The position numbers and the translations under genes are program-made. From Octopus vulgaris (lineage: Eukaryota), in NCBI GenBank assembly GCA_951406725.2, contig OX597816.1, positions 172,670,001 through 172,734,000 on the forward strand: a stretch of DNA of 64,000 nt. Reading direction: 5' to 3'. Below, one piece after another: positions 39,374 through 52,849 of this stretch; the first letter of the stretch is position 1; every line of letters begins with the position of its first letter. The notes under the pieces were generated by a model. It worked only from the letters and a program-made list of their open reading frames with translations, was not told where the DNA came from and ran no database searches.

Positions 39374-39494
39374 TATTTAGCATTTGCAGGGTTTAAAATA
39401 AGAAATATAATGGTTTTCCTAAATCAAATAAAGTATTTTGTCCGACATTTTACCGATTGTAACAAACCACCGTTTCATAACTCGTTCAATATCG

Positions 39495-39690
39495 GCTTCC
39501 AATTTTGACACAAGGCCAGTAATTTTTAGGAGCAGGCGTAAGTCGATTAAATCGACCTCCACCCAGTGATTAACTGGTACTTATTTTAGCGACCCCGAAA
39601 GGATGAAAGAAAGTCGACCTCGGCGGATTTTGAACTTAGAACGTAAAACCGACGAAATGCCGATAAACATTTTCCCGGGAGTCTGCCAGC
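39495..39690 (-). mobile_element. SINE family C, degenerate
   Basis: ACTGGTACTTATTTTAGCGACCCCGAAAGGATGAAAG. Confidence 0.7.
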
Positions 39691-40283
39691 TTATAGTTTT
39701 TGTTTTCCTAACTGGTTTCATCTAAAGGAAGGAATTTTCGCAGACCCTCAGGGACTTATGGAATCGAAGAAAGCCGATGTTCTTGAACAACTATGGCGTT
39801 GATGAGAATCGACGAAAATCACCTTTGAAGGCGGCGCAGCAACATGACTTCAGACAAATGACTGAACCCAATAAAAAAGATTAAAAGAATGAAATAAAGA
39901 ACACAAGGTAATTTATTCTGCATATTCATCATCATTGTTTGGCTGCATTAGCAAACAGCCCTAACCCTATTGCTGCTGTGACCCCTGATCAAGGGATTAA
40001 CTACCAATGGGATTTTTAAAATCCCTCGGTGAATTTCAACTTTTACACAAACACTCAGAACAGATATTATAAGGCATTCTCTTAGATGCTCTACCAATTT
40101 CGCCAACCACCCACTCTCTGGACAACTGACGTTTTATTTAATGACCCCAAAAGTATGAAAGGTAAAATTGAATGCGGCACGATTTGAACTGAGAATGACG
40201 AGTGTAGGAACAAATACTGTAAGGAAATTTGTCCGATCTTCTAACGATGTTGCCAATCATCGCCATCATCCTCATCACCTTTG

Positions 40284-40331
<48 letters not shown>

Positions 40332-41303
40332 ATATTATCTTAATATCGATACTGATATCACAAGACTGCATTTGGTAAAGAGTGGGCAGTGCAGTTGACT
40401 GCAGGAAGTAGATAACGTTATAGTTCGCTTTGCTAGAAATAGCTGCCAAATCTCCCTCAGTTACACTCTACATTCTTCAAAGAGGTACATTAGATACGCT
40501 AAGTCTGGGAACAGAAGGCGAATGGTCACTGATAGAAGAGCAAATGATTGTCGGGTGCAACTGAAATATTGCAGCCAGACTCAAGACTTTCCGCAGGGAA
40601 CTCAGAGAATATTTGGGAGACACCAAAGACATTCACAGAGCGGAAGGGGTTTGACAAAAACTTTGTATACCTGATAAATTTCTACTCTGAAGTTCCGTCC
40701 GACAGCTGGTGTGTCTTTAGTTATGTTTAGGTCTGCTTGAGCAGGGTTTAACTGGAGTTTAGCATTTGCAAAGACTACAGTAATACAAAATATATTTATT
40801 GCATCAACCTAGGAAGGATGAATGGCAAAATGGACCTAAGCGGGATTTGAACTCAGAATGAAGAGAAATGCAACTAGACATCACAATATATTATGTCCAA
40901 TCTCCACTCTTCGGGTGAGATAAGCACAGAGTTTCAATGTAGTCACTTGATCTATTAGAAATAGCAGTAAAATCCACTTTAATTCACCCTCCAGTCGTTT
41001 TAAAAATTGGGAAAGACACACAAGGCAATGGAGCCCGGGAGGCACGAAATCACTAGATGGTCATGTTTAGAACGCTTCTGATTATAGATAAATTACAATA
41101 ACGATAACACCCCAAAAGAGTCCTTGATGTCGATCCTAAGAAATAACTCCAGGTTATCTTTTCTTTAGTATTTTCTCATTGTTCTTGCGGTTGATTAACT
41201 ATGGAACAACCCTGATAGGTCGATCTACAATCACAGACATTCTAGCTATGGCCATCCATTCTTATTATCCAATATGTCATTCTTTTCTCATGAGTGTAGG
41301 ATG

Positions 41304-41516
41304 TACTCTTACTCTTTACTTGTTTCAGTCATTTGACTGCGGCCATGCTGGAGCATCGCCTTTAGTCGAGCAACTCGACCCCGGGACTTATTCTTTGTAA
41401 GCCCAGTACTTATTCTAGCGGTCTCTTTTGGCCGAACCGCTAAGTGACGGGGACATAAACACACCAGCATCGGTTGTCAAGCAATGCTAGGGGGACAGAC
41501 ACAGACACACAAAAAT

Positions 41517-41581
<65 letters not shown>

Positions 41582-41582
41582 A

Positions 41583-41669
<87 letters not shown>

Positions 41670-41828
41670 TACGACGGGCTTCTTTCAGTTTCCGTCTACC
41701 AAATCCACTCACAAGGCTTAGGTCGGCCCGAGGCTATAGTAGAAGACACTTGCCCAAGGTGCCACGCAGTGGGACTGAACCCGGAACCATGTGGTTGGTA
41801 GGCAAGCTACTTACCACACAGCCACTCC
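41304..41828 (-). mobile_element. SINE family A with expanded internal (CA)n(TA)n
   Basis: Tail, core and head all present. Confidence 0.9.
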
Positions 41829-42312
41829 AGTGGTACTTTGAGGGAGATTTAGCAACTATGTCTAGTTTACGGAGCTACCACATATGGGCCCCATTATCGG
41901 TTCGCGGGTGACTTAGTAAGGTTCCAAGGAAGTTGTAAACTTTGTATGTAGGTTTCTCATCCCGGTTGCATTTATTTCTCATCATTTACGACAAGATTGA
42001 TAAATGAAAGCCATAAAGTCCGAAGTCATCAATAAATACAGTATCGATCGAAATGTTGTGGTAGTGTCCTGGTGTGAGTTCACGTCAGTGTACGTATATG
42101 CATATGTATATGTGTGTATATATATATGAATATGAATGTGTGTGTGTGTGTGTGTGTGTGTATGCGTCAGTATGGATGGATGGGTGGTTGGATAGATGTG
42201 TATGTATGTATGTATGTATGTATGTATGTCTGTATATATGTATGAATGTATGTATGTATGTATGTATGTATATATGTTTGTATGTATGTGTGTGTGTATG
42301 TATGTATGTATG

Positions 42313-42346
<34 letters not shown>

Positions 42347-42444
42347 TGTATGTATGTATGTATGTATGTACGTATGCATGTATGTATGTATGTATGCATG
42401 TATGTATGTATGTGTATGTATGTATGTATATATGTATGTGTGTG

Positions 42445-42480
<36 letters not shown>

Positions 42481-42784
42481 TGTATGTATGTATGTATGTG
42501 TGTATGCATGCATGTATGTATGTAAGTATGTATGTGTGTGTGTGTATGTGTGTGTGTGTATTATTGTGCCTGGGGCGAGTCATTTTGTTTTAATGCCTTA
42601 ATAATTAACACACTCACTGGTTCGATTTCCATTCATTTACTTATTTATGTAAAGTATACTTAGCCATCTCAATATGGCTGAGTATACCTTACGTTGTCGA
42701 GCGGTTACTGTTTACATATCGTTCAGAGATTTGTTATTGCTTATTTATGTCTTTTCTGAAATTTTCGCGGCTTCTTGCAAGTAT

Positions 42785-42858
42785 GTGTGTGCGTGCACGT
42801 GTGAGTGTGTGCGTGCACGTGTGAGTGTGTGCGTGCACGTGTGAGTGTGTGCGTGCAC
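42785..42858. repeat. 20-bp tandem repeat GTGTGTGCGTGCACGTGTGA, about 3.7 copies
   Basis: Direct reading. Confidence 0.85.
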
Positions 42859-42989
42859 ATATTCTTTTATTCTCTTAAATATTTCAGTCCCAAGGCTGTG
42901 GTCATGCTGGGGCACCAAATTTATACGTATATGATATATGTATATATTTGTATATCAAAGTGATCAAAGTGATATATATATACAAATAT

Positions 42990-43024
<35 letters not shown>

Positions 43025-43082
43025 ACACACCAGCATCGGTTGTCAAGCAATGCTAGGGGGACAAACACAGACACACAAGCAA

Positions 43083-43123
<41 letters not shown>

Positions 43124-43178
43124 ATATATATATATATATATATACATATGCAAATATATACATATATATATATATATA

Positions 43179-43260
<82 letters not shown>

Positions 43261-43792
43261 GTATGAGCGTCCAATAATACTATATTTGTTCCACGTCCTC
43301 GCGTTGTGTTTTTTTTGTGCTTTCTTGTTTGGATTAACTATGTATATATATATATGTTTGTATGTGTATATATTTATACAAATAAATACATATATATATA
43401 CGCACACACACACACATACATATATAAATATATATATATATATACAAATATATACATATATATACACACACATATATATATATAGAGAGAGCGAGGGGAG
43501 TGAGAGAGAGAGAGTGAGAAAGTGTGATGCTTTCAAAAATAATGATTAAATGAAAGTCGACATTTTTAGTTGTGATTCAACCCCAACAGGCCGACCACAT
43601 CGATGACAACTGAAAAGAAGTTCCTTCCTCTCTCGCTTTCATTCTTTATTTCTTCTCTTTCTTTTTTGCCTTTTTCTTTTCTTTTTCTTTCTTTTTTTGT
43701 TCTTCCTGTTTTTCGTTCTCCTTTTCTTTAAAAAAACAAAAATAACACCTCGAAGTGTCATTAACCTGAGCCACCTGTCCGCCTTTCTTGCC

Positions 43793-43975
43793 TTCCTCTT
43801 TTTCTTTCTCTCTCCCCTGTTTTCCTCTTTTTCTTTCTCTCTCCCCTGTTTTCCTCTTTTTCTTTCTCTCTCCCCTGTTTTCCTCTTTTTCTTTCTCTCT
43901 CCCCTGTTTTCCTCTTTTTCTTTCTCTCTCCCCTGTTTTCCTCTTTTTCTTTCTCTCTCCCCTGTTTTCCTCTTT
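43793..43975. repeat. 29-bp polypyrimidine minisatellite, about 6.3 copies
   Basis: The single G recurs at 43819, 43848, 43877, 43906, 43935 and 43964. Confidence 0.9.
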
Positions 43976-43997
43976 TCTCTTTTTCTATATACACACA

Positions 43998-44232
43998 GAG
44001 GCGCAATGGCCTAGTGGTTAGGGCAGCGGACTCGCGGTCGCAGGATCGCGGTTTCGATTCTCAGACCGGGCGTTGTGTGTGTTTATTGAGCGAAAACACC
44101 TAAAAGCTCTACGAGGCTCCGGCAGGGGGTGGTGATCCCTGCTGTACTCTTTCACCACAATGGCGGTGCCCCAGCATGGCCACAGCTCAAGAGCTGAAAC
44201 TGGAAAAACAAAACAAAAAAAAGAAAAGAAAA
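43998..44232 (+). mobile_element. Chimeric SINE: family-B head plus family-A-type tail
   Basis: 43998-44160 matches 8480-8645; from 44161 TGGCGGTGCCCCAGCATGGCCACAGC...CTGAAAC plus an A-rich end. Confidence 0.75.
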
Positions 44233-44251
44233 ACACACCCACTTCCAGATT

Positions 44252-44469
44252 TACTCTTTACTCTTTTCCTTGTTTCAGTCATTTGACTGCGGCCATGCTG
44301 GAGCACCGCCTTTTAGTCGAGCAAATCGACCCCGGGACTTATTCTTTTGTAAGCCCAGTACTTATTCTATCGGTCTCTTTTGCCGAACCGCTATGTGACG
44401 GGGACGTAAACACACCAGCATCGGTTGTCAAGCAATGCTAGGGGGACAAATACAGACACACAAGCAAAT

Positions 44470-44528
<59 letters not shown>

Positions 44529-44688
44529 TACGACAGTCTTCTTTCAGTTTCCGTCTACCAAATCCACTCACAAGGCATTGGTCGGCCCGGGGCTATAGCA
44601 GAAGACACTTGCCCAAGATGCCACGCAGTGGGACTGAACCCGGAACCATGTGATTGGTTAGCAAACTACTTACCACACAGCCACTCCT
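44252..44688 (-). mobile_element. SINE family A, full length
   Basis: Tail, core and head present. Confidence 0.9.
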
Positions 44689-44915
44689 TTGTGTAAAAGG
44701 CAGAGAAATTTTCTGTAAAACTTATATCTGAGACGAAAGCTCTAATAAAGAATTATCCAAAATGCTGAATACTTCCTTTTCCGTAATATATAAAATCTGT
44801 ACATCACTTCAAACAATCTATACATACAAACATACATACATACATGCACACACACATATAGGTAGATAGATAGATAGATACATACATATATATATACATG
44901 CACATCTTTCAAATG

Positions 44916-44953
<38 letters not shown>

Positions 44954-44991
44954 ATATATTTATATATATATAATATATATCTATATATATA

Positions 44992-45049
<58 letters not shown>

Positions 45050-45141
45050 AATAAAAAACGAAGAACAAACAAGAAAAAAAACAATTCGAGGACGTGGTTG
45101 AATATTATACATTAAATATTTAAAATCAAAAATATATTTGT

Positions 45142-45186
<45 letters not shown>

Positions 45187-45879
45187 GAGAGAGAGAGAAA
45201 GAGAGAGAGATGAATGAATTTATATATACAAATTTCTGTTCGTCTGTCTCTACAAACGAAAGGAGAAATACACACGGAAATGTATGTATGTATGTACGTA
45301 TGTACGTATGTATCTATGTATGTATGTATGTATATATGTCTGTCTGTATGTATGTATGTATGTATGTATGTATGTATGTATGTATGTATGTATGTATGTA
45401 TGTAGGCATGCAAGCATGTGTGTTTAATGTAAGTTCGGTCGGTAGATTTGGAAAGATAAAAAAAAAAGCGACGCAAAACAGCGTAATGAAAGTGAAAGTA
45501 GAAGGACGAACAAAGCCGGCCGAGAGAATCACATCACGAATCAGAACCACAACAAAGTCACAACAACCACTGCCGTCATAATTGTACCGGTTGCAACCAC
45601 CACCAATCACAACAGCCGCTGGCCAACGGAGAACCCTCTTAGCGGTTTGCACGCTCAGCCAAGTAGAAATAGCAACTAAATTCTCCCTCCATCACCACTC
45701 TGGGGAGAAGGAAGTATTTGAAAATTGAGTCGGTGGGGGGGGGGGAGTTAAAAACAAAGATGTGATAGTTGAGGCGCTTTTGATATGTCAACGCTGACTT
45801 GAGACTAAACAACGACAGTAATTAACGATCTCGTCTCTCTGTCTTGCTCTAAAATGATGATGATGATGATGGTGTATGG

Positions 45880-45913
<34 letters not shown>

Positions 45914-46219
45914 GTTAACTTCCGCTGTGGATACAATTGTTGTTATGTATATATTACGTCTTTTGTATGTTAAAATATGCTATGGTTGCCGCTGTTCTTG
46001 TTGTTGTTGAGTGGCTCTACAGACTGTCACGGTTGGTGGGACACGCGGCTCTATCTTCTCCTCCTCCTCCTTCTTCTTCTTCTTCTTCTTCTTCTTCTTC
46101 TTCTTCTTCTTCTTCTTCTTCTTCTTCTTCTTCTTCTCCTCCTTTTTCTTCTTCAACTACTACTACTACTACTATTACTACTACTGCCTTCCACAATAAA
46201 TATATTTGCCCCTCCTATT

Positions 46220-46299
<80 letters not shown>

Positions 46300-46594
46300 T
46301 ACAGCAACTATTCAGGTCCACCACCACCACCAATAGCCTCACCGCCACCTCCACCACTACCAGTTTCTACTTACACTATACTGCTACTGTCACTGCTACT
46401 ACGGTTAAACTTCCCTCCTCCTCCTCCTCCGTATCCTCCTTCGGCCATTGTGGCTATTGAACTCATCACTGCAACTACTACAGCTACTGGCTGTTGGTGT
46501 TACTGCTGCTGTTGCTGTTGTTGTTGTTGTTATCACTGCTATTGCCGCTACTGGTGTCGTTGCTATAGTTGTTGTTGTTTGTTGTTGTTGTTGT

Positions 46595-46769
46595 GAATGC
46601 AAGTTCGATCGACGGTCGAAAATTGGCCGCCGCCGCTCGCCCGCCCGCTCGCCCGCCAGCCAAGCCAGCCAGCCAGCCTGCCTGCTTTCAACAGTTAGCC
46701 GCCGAGAGCCGCGCAGGGCGCGATCCCCGACTCCCAAACCAGAAAAAAAAAAAAAAAAAGAAAAAAAGC
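46595..46769 (+). promoter_or_regulatory. CpG-rich island (likely proximal promoter or 5' UTR) upstream of the SNAG exon
   Basis: Dense CG/GCC tract (GGCCGCCGCCGCTCGCCCGCCCG...) in an AT-rich window, followed by an A-run and an ATG with A at -3. Confidence 0.5.
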
Positions 46770-46878
46770 ATGCCTCGTTCGTTCATGGTGAAATGTGGAG
46801 TGAGACGGCGCTGTGGACTTCAGTCGTCACCCAACCGGGTGGATTCTGACTACCTGGAGGAGTACTTCCCCGCAATCA
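46770..46878 (+). CDS. First coding exon of a SNAG-domain transcription repressor (Snail/Scratch/Gfi-type); partial gene
   Basis: ATG 46770 gives MPRSFMVKCGVRRRCGLQSSPNRVDSDYLEEYFPAI; the SNAG consensus is MPRSFLVK. Consensus donor GTGAGT at 46879 (phase 1). Unique GC-rich sequence. Confidence 0.75.
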
Positions 46879-46975
46879 GTGAGTTTCAAAACAACAAATA
46901 TTATATATGCGAATACACACTCCTATTATGTTTAATGTATACGGCGCATTGCTTTCTTGCCAGTTATACTTACGA

Positions 46976-47006
46976 ATGTACGTATGTATGTATGTGTGTG
47001 TGTATG

Positions 47007-47040
<34 letters not shown>

Positions 47041-47455
47041 CGTACGTGTGTATGTATGTATGTATGTATGTATGTATGTATGTATGTATGTATGTATGTA
47101 CGTGTGTATGTATGTATGTATGTACGTACGTACGTATGTATGTATGTATGTATGTATGTATGTATGTATGTATGTATGTATGTACGTATGTATGTATGTA
47201 TGTATGTATGTATGTATGTATGTACGTACGTATGTATGTACGTACGTACGTATGTATGTATGTATGTATGTATGTATGTATGTATGTACGTATGTATGTA
47301 TGTATGTATGTATGTATGTATGTACGTATGTATGTACGTACGTACGTATGTATGTATGTATGTATGTATGTATGTATGTACGTATTATGTATGTATGTAT
47401 GTATGAATGTATGTATGTATGTATGTATGTATGTATGTATATATATATGTATGTA

Positions 47456-47491
<36 letters not shown>

Positions 47492-47652
47492 TGTATGTAT
47501 GTACGTACGTATGTATGTATGTATGTATGTATGTATATATATATGTATGTATATATATATGTATGTGTGTATGTATGTATGTATGTATGTATGTACGTAC
47601 GTACGTATGTATGTATGTATGTATGTATGTTTGTATGTATGTATGTATGTAC
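46976..47652. repeat. (TATG)n with TACG variants, in putative intron 1
   Basis: Direct reading. Confidence 0.95.
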
Positions 47653-47865
47653 TGCATATAGGTTTGAATGCCTACATTCATACATACATACATACATACA
47701 TACATACATACACACATATATGTATATATAACAAATAATCACATACATAGATGCATACATACACAATCGTATACACACACATACACACACACATTCATAC
47801 ATACATACATACATGCATATTTACGTATATGTATTGATATATGTGTATGTCTACATGCGTGTAAT

Positions 47866-47899
<34 letters not shown>

Positions 47900-48000
47900 G
47901 TATACATACATACATATATGCATGTTTAAAGCCTTATTTTTATTTTACTTCATTTTGCAGTATATTAAATGTTGTTTTTGCTATTGTTATTTAACCCTAG

Positions 48001-48055
48001 GTCATTTCTGGCCGTGGAAGCCTATAGCGAAAAACCTTCCAGGCACCACCAACAA
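48001..48055 (+). CDS. Candidate exon 2 of the SNAG gene
   Basis: T-rich tract ending TTTAACCCTAG at 48000; open in the phase required by exon 1 ((S)HFWPWKPIAKNLPGTTN); weak donor GTTTGT at 48056. Confidence 0.35.
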
Positions 48056-48173
48056 GTTTGTTGTTTTGTGGTTCATTTTTTCTCGTTTTTATTTTATTTT
48101 TTCGGGGTCAGTTTATCTTGGATTACATTATGTAATGCATTTTTCTTTTTTCTTTTTCTTTTTACATCCATAA

Positions 48174-48588
48174 GGCGCAGGAGTGGCTGTGTGGTAAGTA
48201 GCTTGCTTACCAACCACATGGTTCTGGGTTCTGTCCCACTGCGTGGCACCTTGGGCAAGTGTCTTCTACTATAGCCTCGGGCCGACCAAAGCCTTGTGAG
48301 TGGATTTGGTAGACGGAAACTGAAAGAAGCCCGTCGTATATATGTGTATATATGTGTGTGTGTGTATGTTTGTGTGTCTGTGTTTGTCCCCCTAGCATTG
48401 CTTGACAACCGATGCTGGTGTGTTTACGTCCCCGTCACATAGCGGTTCGGCAAAAGAGACCGATAGAATAAGTACTGGGCTTACAAAGAATAAGTCCCGG
48501 GGTCGAGTCGCTCGATTAAAGGCGGTGCTCCAGCATGGCCGCAGTCAAAATGACTGAAACAAGTAAAAAAAAAGAAAGAGAAAAGAGA
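48174..48588 (+). mobile_element. SINE family A, full length
   Basis: Head, core and tail present. Confidence 0.9.
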
Positions 48589-48748
48589 AACTGAAAGATT
48601 TGATTTAAGGGAGACTTGACTCGAAGTATTATTTAGGGGAGATTTGGTTACTATTTCTAGCATGGGTCTTATTTCTGATAGTCTGATAATGTTTGTTTTT
48701 TTCTTACACACACACACACACACACGTACGTGTGTATGTATGTGCATG

Positions 48749-48781
<33 letters not shown>

Positions 48782-48783
48782 GA

Positions 48784-48814
<31 letters not shown>

Positions 48815-49507
48815 TGTATGTATGTATGTATGTATGCATGTATGTATGTATGTATGTATGTATGTATGCATGTATGTGTGTATGTATGTATATATGTATG
48901 TATGTATGTGAATATGTATGTATGTATGTATGTATGTATGGATGTATGTATGTATGTATGTAGGTATGTATGTATGTATGTAGGTAGGTATGTATGTATG
49001 CATGTATGTATGTATGTATGTATGTAATGGATGTATGTATGTATGTATGTATGTATGTATGTATGTATGTATGTATGTATGTATGTATGTATGTATGTAT
49101 GTATGTATGTATGTATGTATGTATGTATGTATGCATGCATGCATGTATGTATGTATGTTTTTATGTATATACACACATGTGTGTGGTTTTCTATATATAT
49201 ATATTTACATGTATGTGCGTTCATTATATAACGTATGCGTGATTGTGTGCAATGAAGATCATCCACTAACCACCACCACCATCACCTTCACCACCGCAAC
49301 CACCACCACCACCACCACCATCATCGCTACCGTCATCATCATCTTTATCATTAATATTCATGATATTAATATCTATCATAATATTCATTGTTGTTGTTGT
49401 CGTCATTGTTCAAGACGGAGAACCGATAGAATCGTTATCCAGTCGGAAAGTAAAATACCTCGTGGTATTTGTTCCGGCTGTTATCATACTAATCGAAATC
49501 CCACCGC

Positions 49508-49718
49508 TATGTTTGTCCCCCCGCCCACCGTTTGACAACCGGTGTTTGCATGTTTACGTCCCTGTAACGTAGCGGTGTGGCCAAAGAGATCGAGAGAATT
49601 AGCACCAAACTTGAAAAAAGAAAAAGAAGACTGGAGTCGATTCATTCGACTGAAAACCCTTCAAGGCAGTGCCCCAGCATGGTCGCATTCTAATGACTGA
49701 AACAAGTAAAAGATGAAA
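49508..49718 (+). mobile_element. SINE family A, degenerate 3' half
   Basis: TGTTTGTCCCC...TTGACAACCGG...CCAGCATGGTCGCA. Confidence 0.7.
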
Positions 49719-50014
49719 AAAATCCTATTCATTTAGTTGTAAAAATCACAAACACACACATACATACGAAACTATCACACACACAGTCACATATGCTTTC
49801 ATACAAGTACACACACACACACATATATACACACGCATGCAATTCGATTCACCACACCCTCTTTATATTCTTTTATAAATACTTGCATATTTTTTGATAT
49901 TTTCATCGGGTAATGTACTTGTGATGTAAACTGACATTTGTTTCTGTGTTGTCCTTGTGGCAAATAAAAAAAAAAGCTGGCATTATTATAATTAAGATAA
50001 CTGTCCCAGTAATA

Positions 50015-50228
50015 ATGATTTCAAATTTTGGAACAAGGCCGGCAATTTTGGGAACGAGATTAAGTCGACTACATAGATGCCAGTGCTCAACTGGTACTTA
50101 TTTTATCGACCTCGAAAGGAATGAAAGGCGAAGTCAACCTCGGCGGAACTTGAACTCAGATCGTAAAGTCAGAAGAAAGGATGCTAAGCATTGTGTCTGG
50201 CGTGCTAACGATTCTGCCAGCCCTCCAC
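50015..50228 (-). mobile_element. SINE family C, degenerate
   Basis: CAACTGGTACTTATTTTATCGACCTCGAAAGG. Confidence 0.7.
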
Positions 50229-50427
50229 CTTGCTACCTCCACTGATAATAATGTTTGTTTATTCTATAAACACCTCCAAACTTTCTTCTTTTGCTCTACC
50301 TCTTAACTTTACCATTAAACAGTGACTTCTGATGTAGGGCCGGTTTGACCAGCATTATAGCCCCTCCTCAATCCCCACAAAGCAACACACTGGACACAGT
50401 AGTGTAAGCCACAACATAAATACATCA

Positions 50428-50622
50428 AAATGCGTAGCCGTATTTCGTCTGCCGCTACGTTCTGAGTTCAAATTCCGCCGAGGTCGACTTTACCTTTCAT
50501 CCTTTCGGGGTTGATAAATTAAGCACCAGTTACGCACTGGGGTCGATGTAATCCACTTAATCCATTTGTCTGTCCTTGTTTGTCCCTTCTATGTTTAGCC
50601 CCTTGTGGGTAATAAAGAAATA
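50428..50622 (+). mobile_element. SINE family C, 5'-truncated
   Basis: GTTCTGAGTTCAAATTCCGCCGAGGTCGAC...CCCCTTGTGGGTAATAAAGAAATA. Confidence 0.8.
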
Positions 50623-50764
50623 CATAAATACATCAGAATTAGTTCTATAGACCAGTGGGGGCCCGGGTTACTGCCCAGACGGCTCTGCTTATTTGTCTAT
50701 TTATTTGTTCCTTCTCAAAAGAAGAGATTCGTTCTGTTCTAGTAATTTCTATCCTCAAACGTCT

Positions 50765-51178
50765 TTCTTTCTTTTCTTTCTTTTATTTGTTTCAGTCATT
50801 TTGACTGCGGCCATGCTGGAGCACCGCCTTTTAGTCGAGCAACTCGACCCCGGGACTCATTCTTTTTGTAAGCCCAGTACTTATTCTATCGGTCTCTTTT
50901 TGCCGAACCGCTAAGTGACGGGGACGTAAACACACCAGCATCGGTTGTCAAGCAATGCTAGGGGAACAAACACAGACACACAAACACACACACATACATA
51001 TATATACATATATACGACAGGCTTCTTTCAGTTTCCGTCTACCAAATCCACTCACAAGGCATTGGTCGGCCCGGGGCTATAGCAGAAGACACTTGCCCAA
51101 GATGCCACGCAGTGGGACTGAACCCGGAACCATGTGGTTGGTAAGCAAGCTACTTACCACACAGCCACCCCTGCGTCT
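50765..51178 (-). mobile_element. SINE family A, full length
   Basis: Tail, core and head present. Confidence 0.9.
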
Positions 51179-51257
51179 ATCTAACGAAATTCCCTTTCTT
51201 CTTCTTTCCTTGATAAATATAACATTCTTTTTAGAAATTTGTTGCTGTCTAATAAAA

Positions 51258-51846
<589 letters not shown>

Positions 51847-52028
51847 GGATCATTTTCTGATTTAAAAAAAAAAAACTTTGATTACATTCCCCTGCACACA
51901 CACACTTTCTTTTTCTTGTTTGGGCTCTGTTTTATTGTCGGTTACTTGTCCTGAGTGTGACTTTTATCGAAAGAATAATGCAATCAACCTCACCTTTACC
52001 ACGAGTTTATATCAATATGACAATCATC

Positions 52029-52075
<47 letters not shown>

Positions 52076-52148
52076 AATCATCATCATCATCATCATCATC
52101 ACTATCGTAATTATCATCATCGTCTTTATTACTGAGTATACAGCTCAA

Positions 52149-52202
<54 letters not shown>

Positions 52203-52849
52203 AGAGAACACTTGCCCTTGTCCGTAAGGGCGCTCTGAGATTTTGATTGGCCCCAGGTGATTGTAGCTGTACTGGGACCTTTCCAATGCTATTTCCTTTC
52301 AGGATGCTGCGTTTTTATAGTTGTTTATTCTCATACCTGATTTTATATCCGTTCCCAGTTTTTTGAGGTTTTTTTGGTAACTTATTCCTGTGATCCCTTT
52401 GCTTACTTTGGAAGAAAATCCCTTCAGACCAAAAGTCACCCAGTTTAACTCTGTTCTTCGTCTTTTAGGTGTTGAATATAGCTTCGATATAGTCACCTGT
52501 TCCACTCTAAAACGGGTGGCCTTGTGCCAATATTAGACACAATTATTATTATTTTTATTATTAAAATATATCCTTCACTCTTTATATTGCATACCATGTA
52601 GATTGGTTTTTAATTTCTCTCATGCCATTCTATGCAAATCCTCACACTTAAGGTCCGTCTTTGTAGAGTACACTTCATCCGTCATCCAGAAGACAAATAA
52701 TAATAATAATAATATACCCCAGTGTCACTTTGATGGCATGAACTGCTCTCTCACTCAATAATAATAATAATAATAATAGTCAAACATAGAATAATAATAA
52801 TGATGATGATGATGATGATGATGATGGTGATGATGATAACATTGATGAT

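Noticed and set aside
46569-47738. 389-aa ORF as a full protein
   Set aside because: Only 46770-46878 is credible; the rest is UTR-like sequence and intronic (TATG)n read-through
49415-49449. Possible micro-exon (AG...GTAAAA)
   Set aside because: The sequence resembles a decayed SINE family C head (GGCGAGCTGGCAGAATCGTTAGC-like)
52200-52505. Short minus-strand ORF, possibly a LINE C-terminus
   Set aside because: No diagnostic motif recognised
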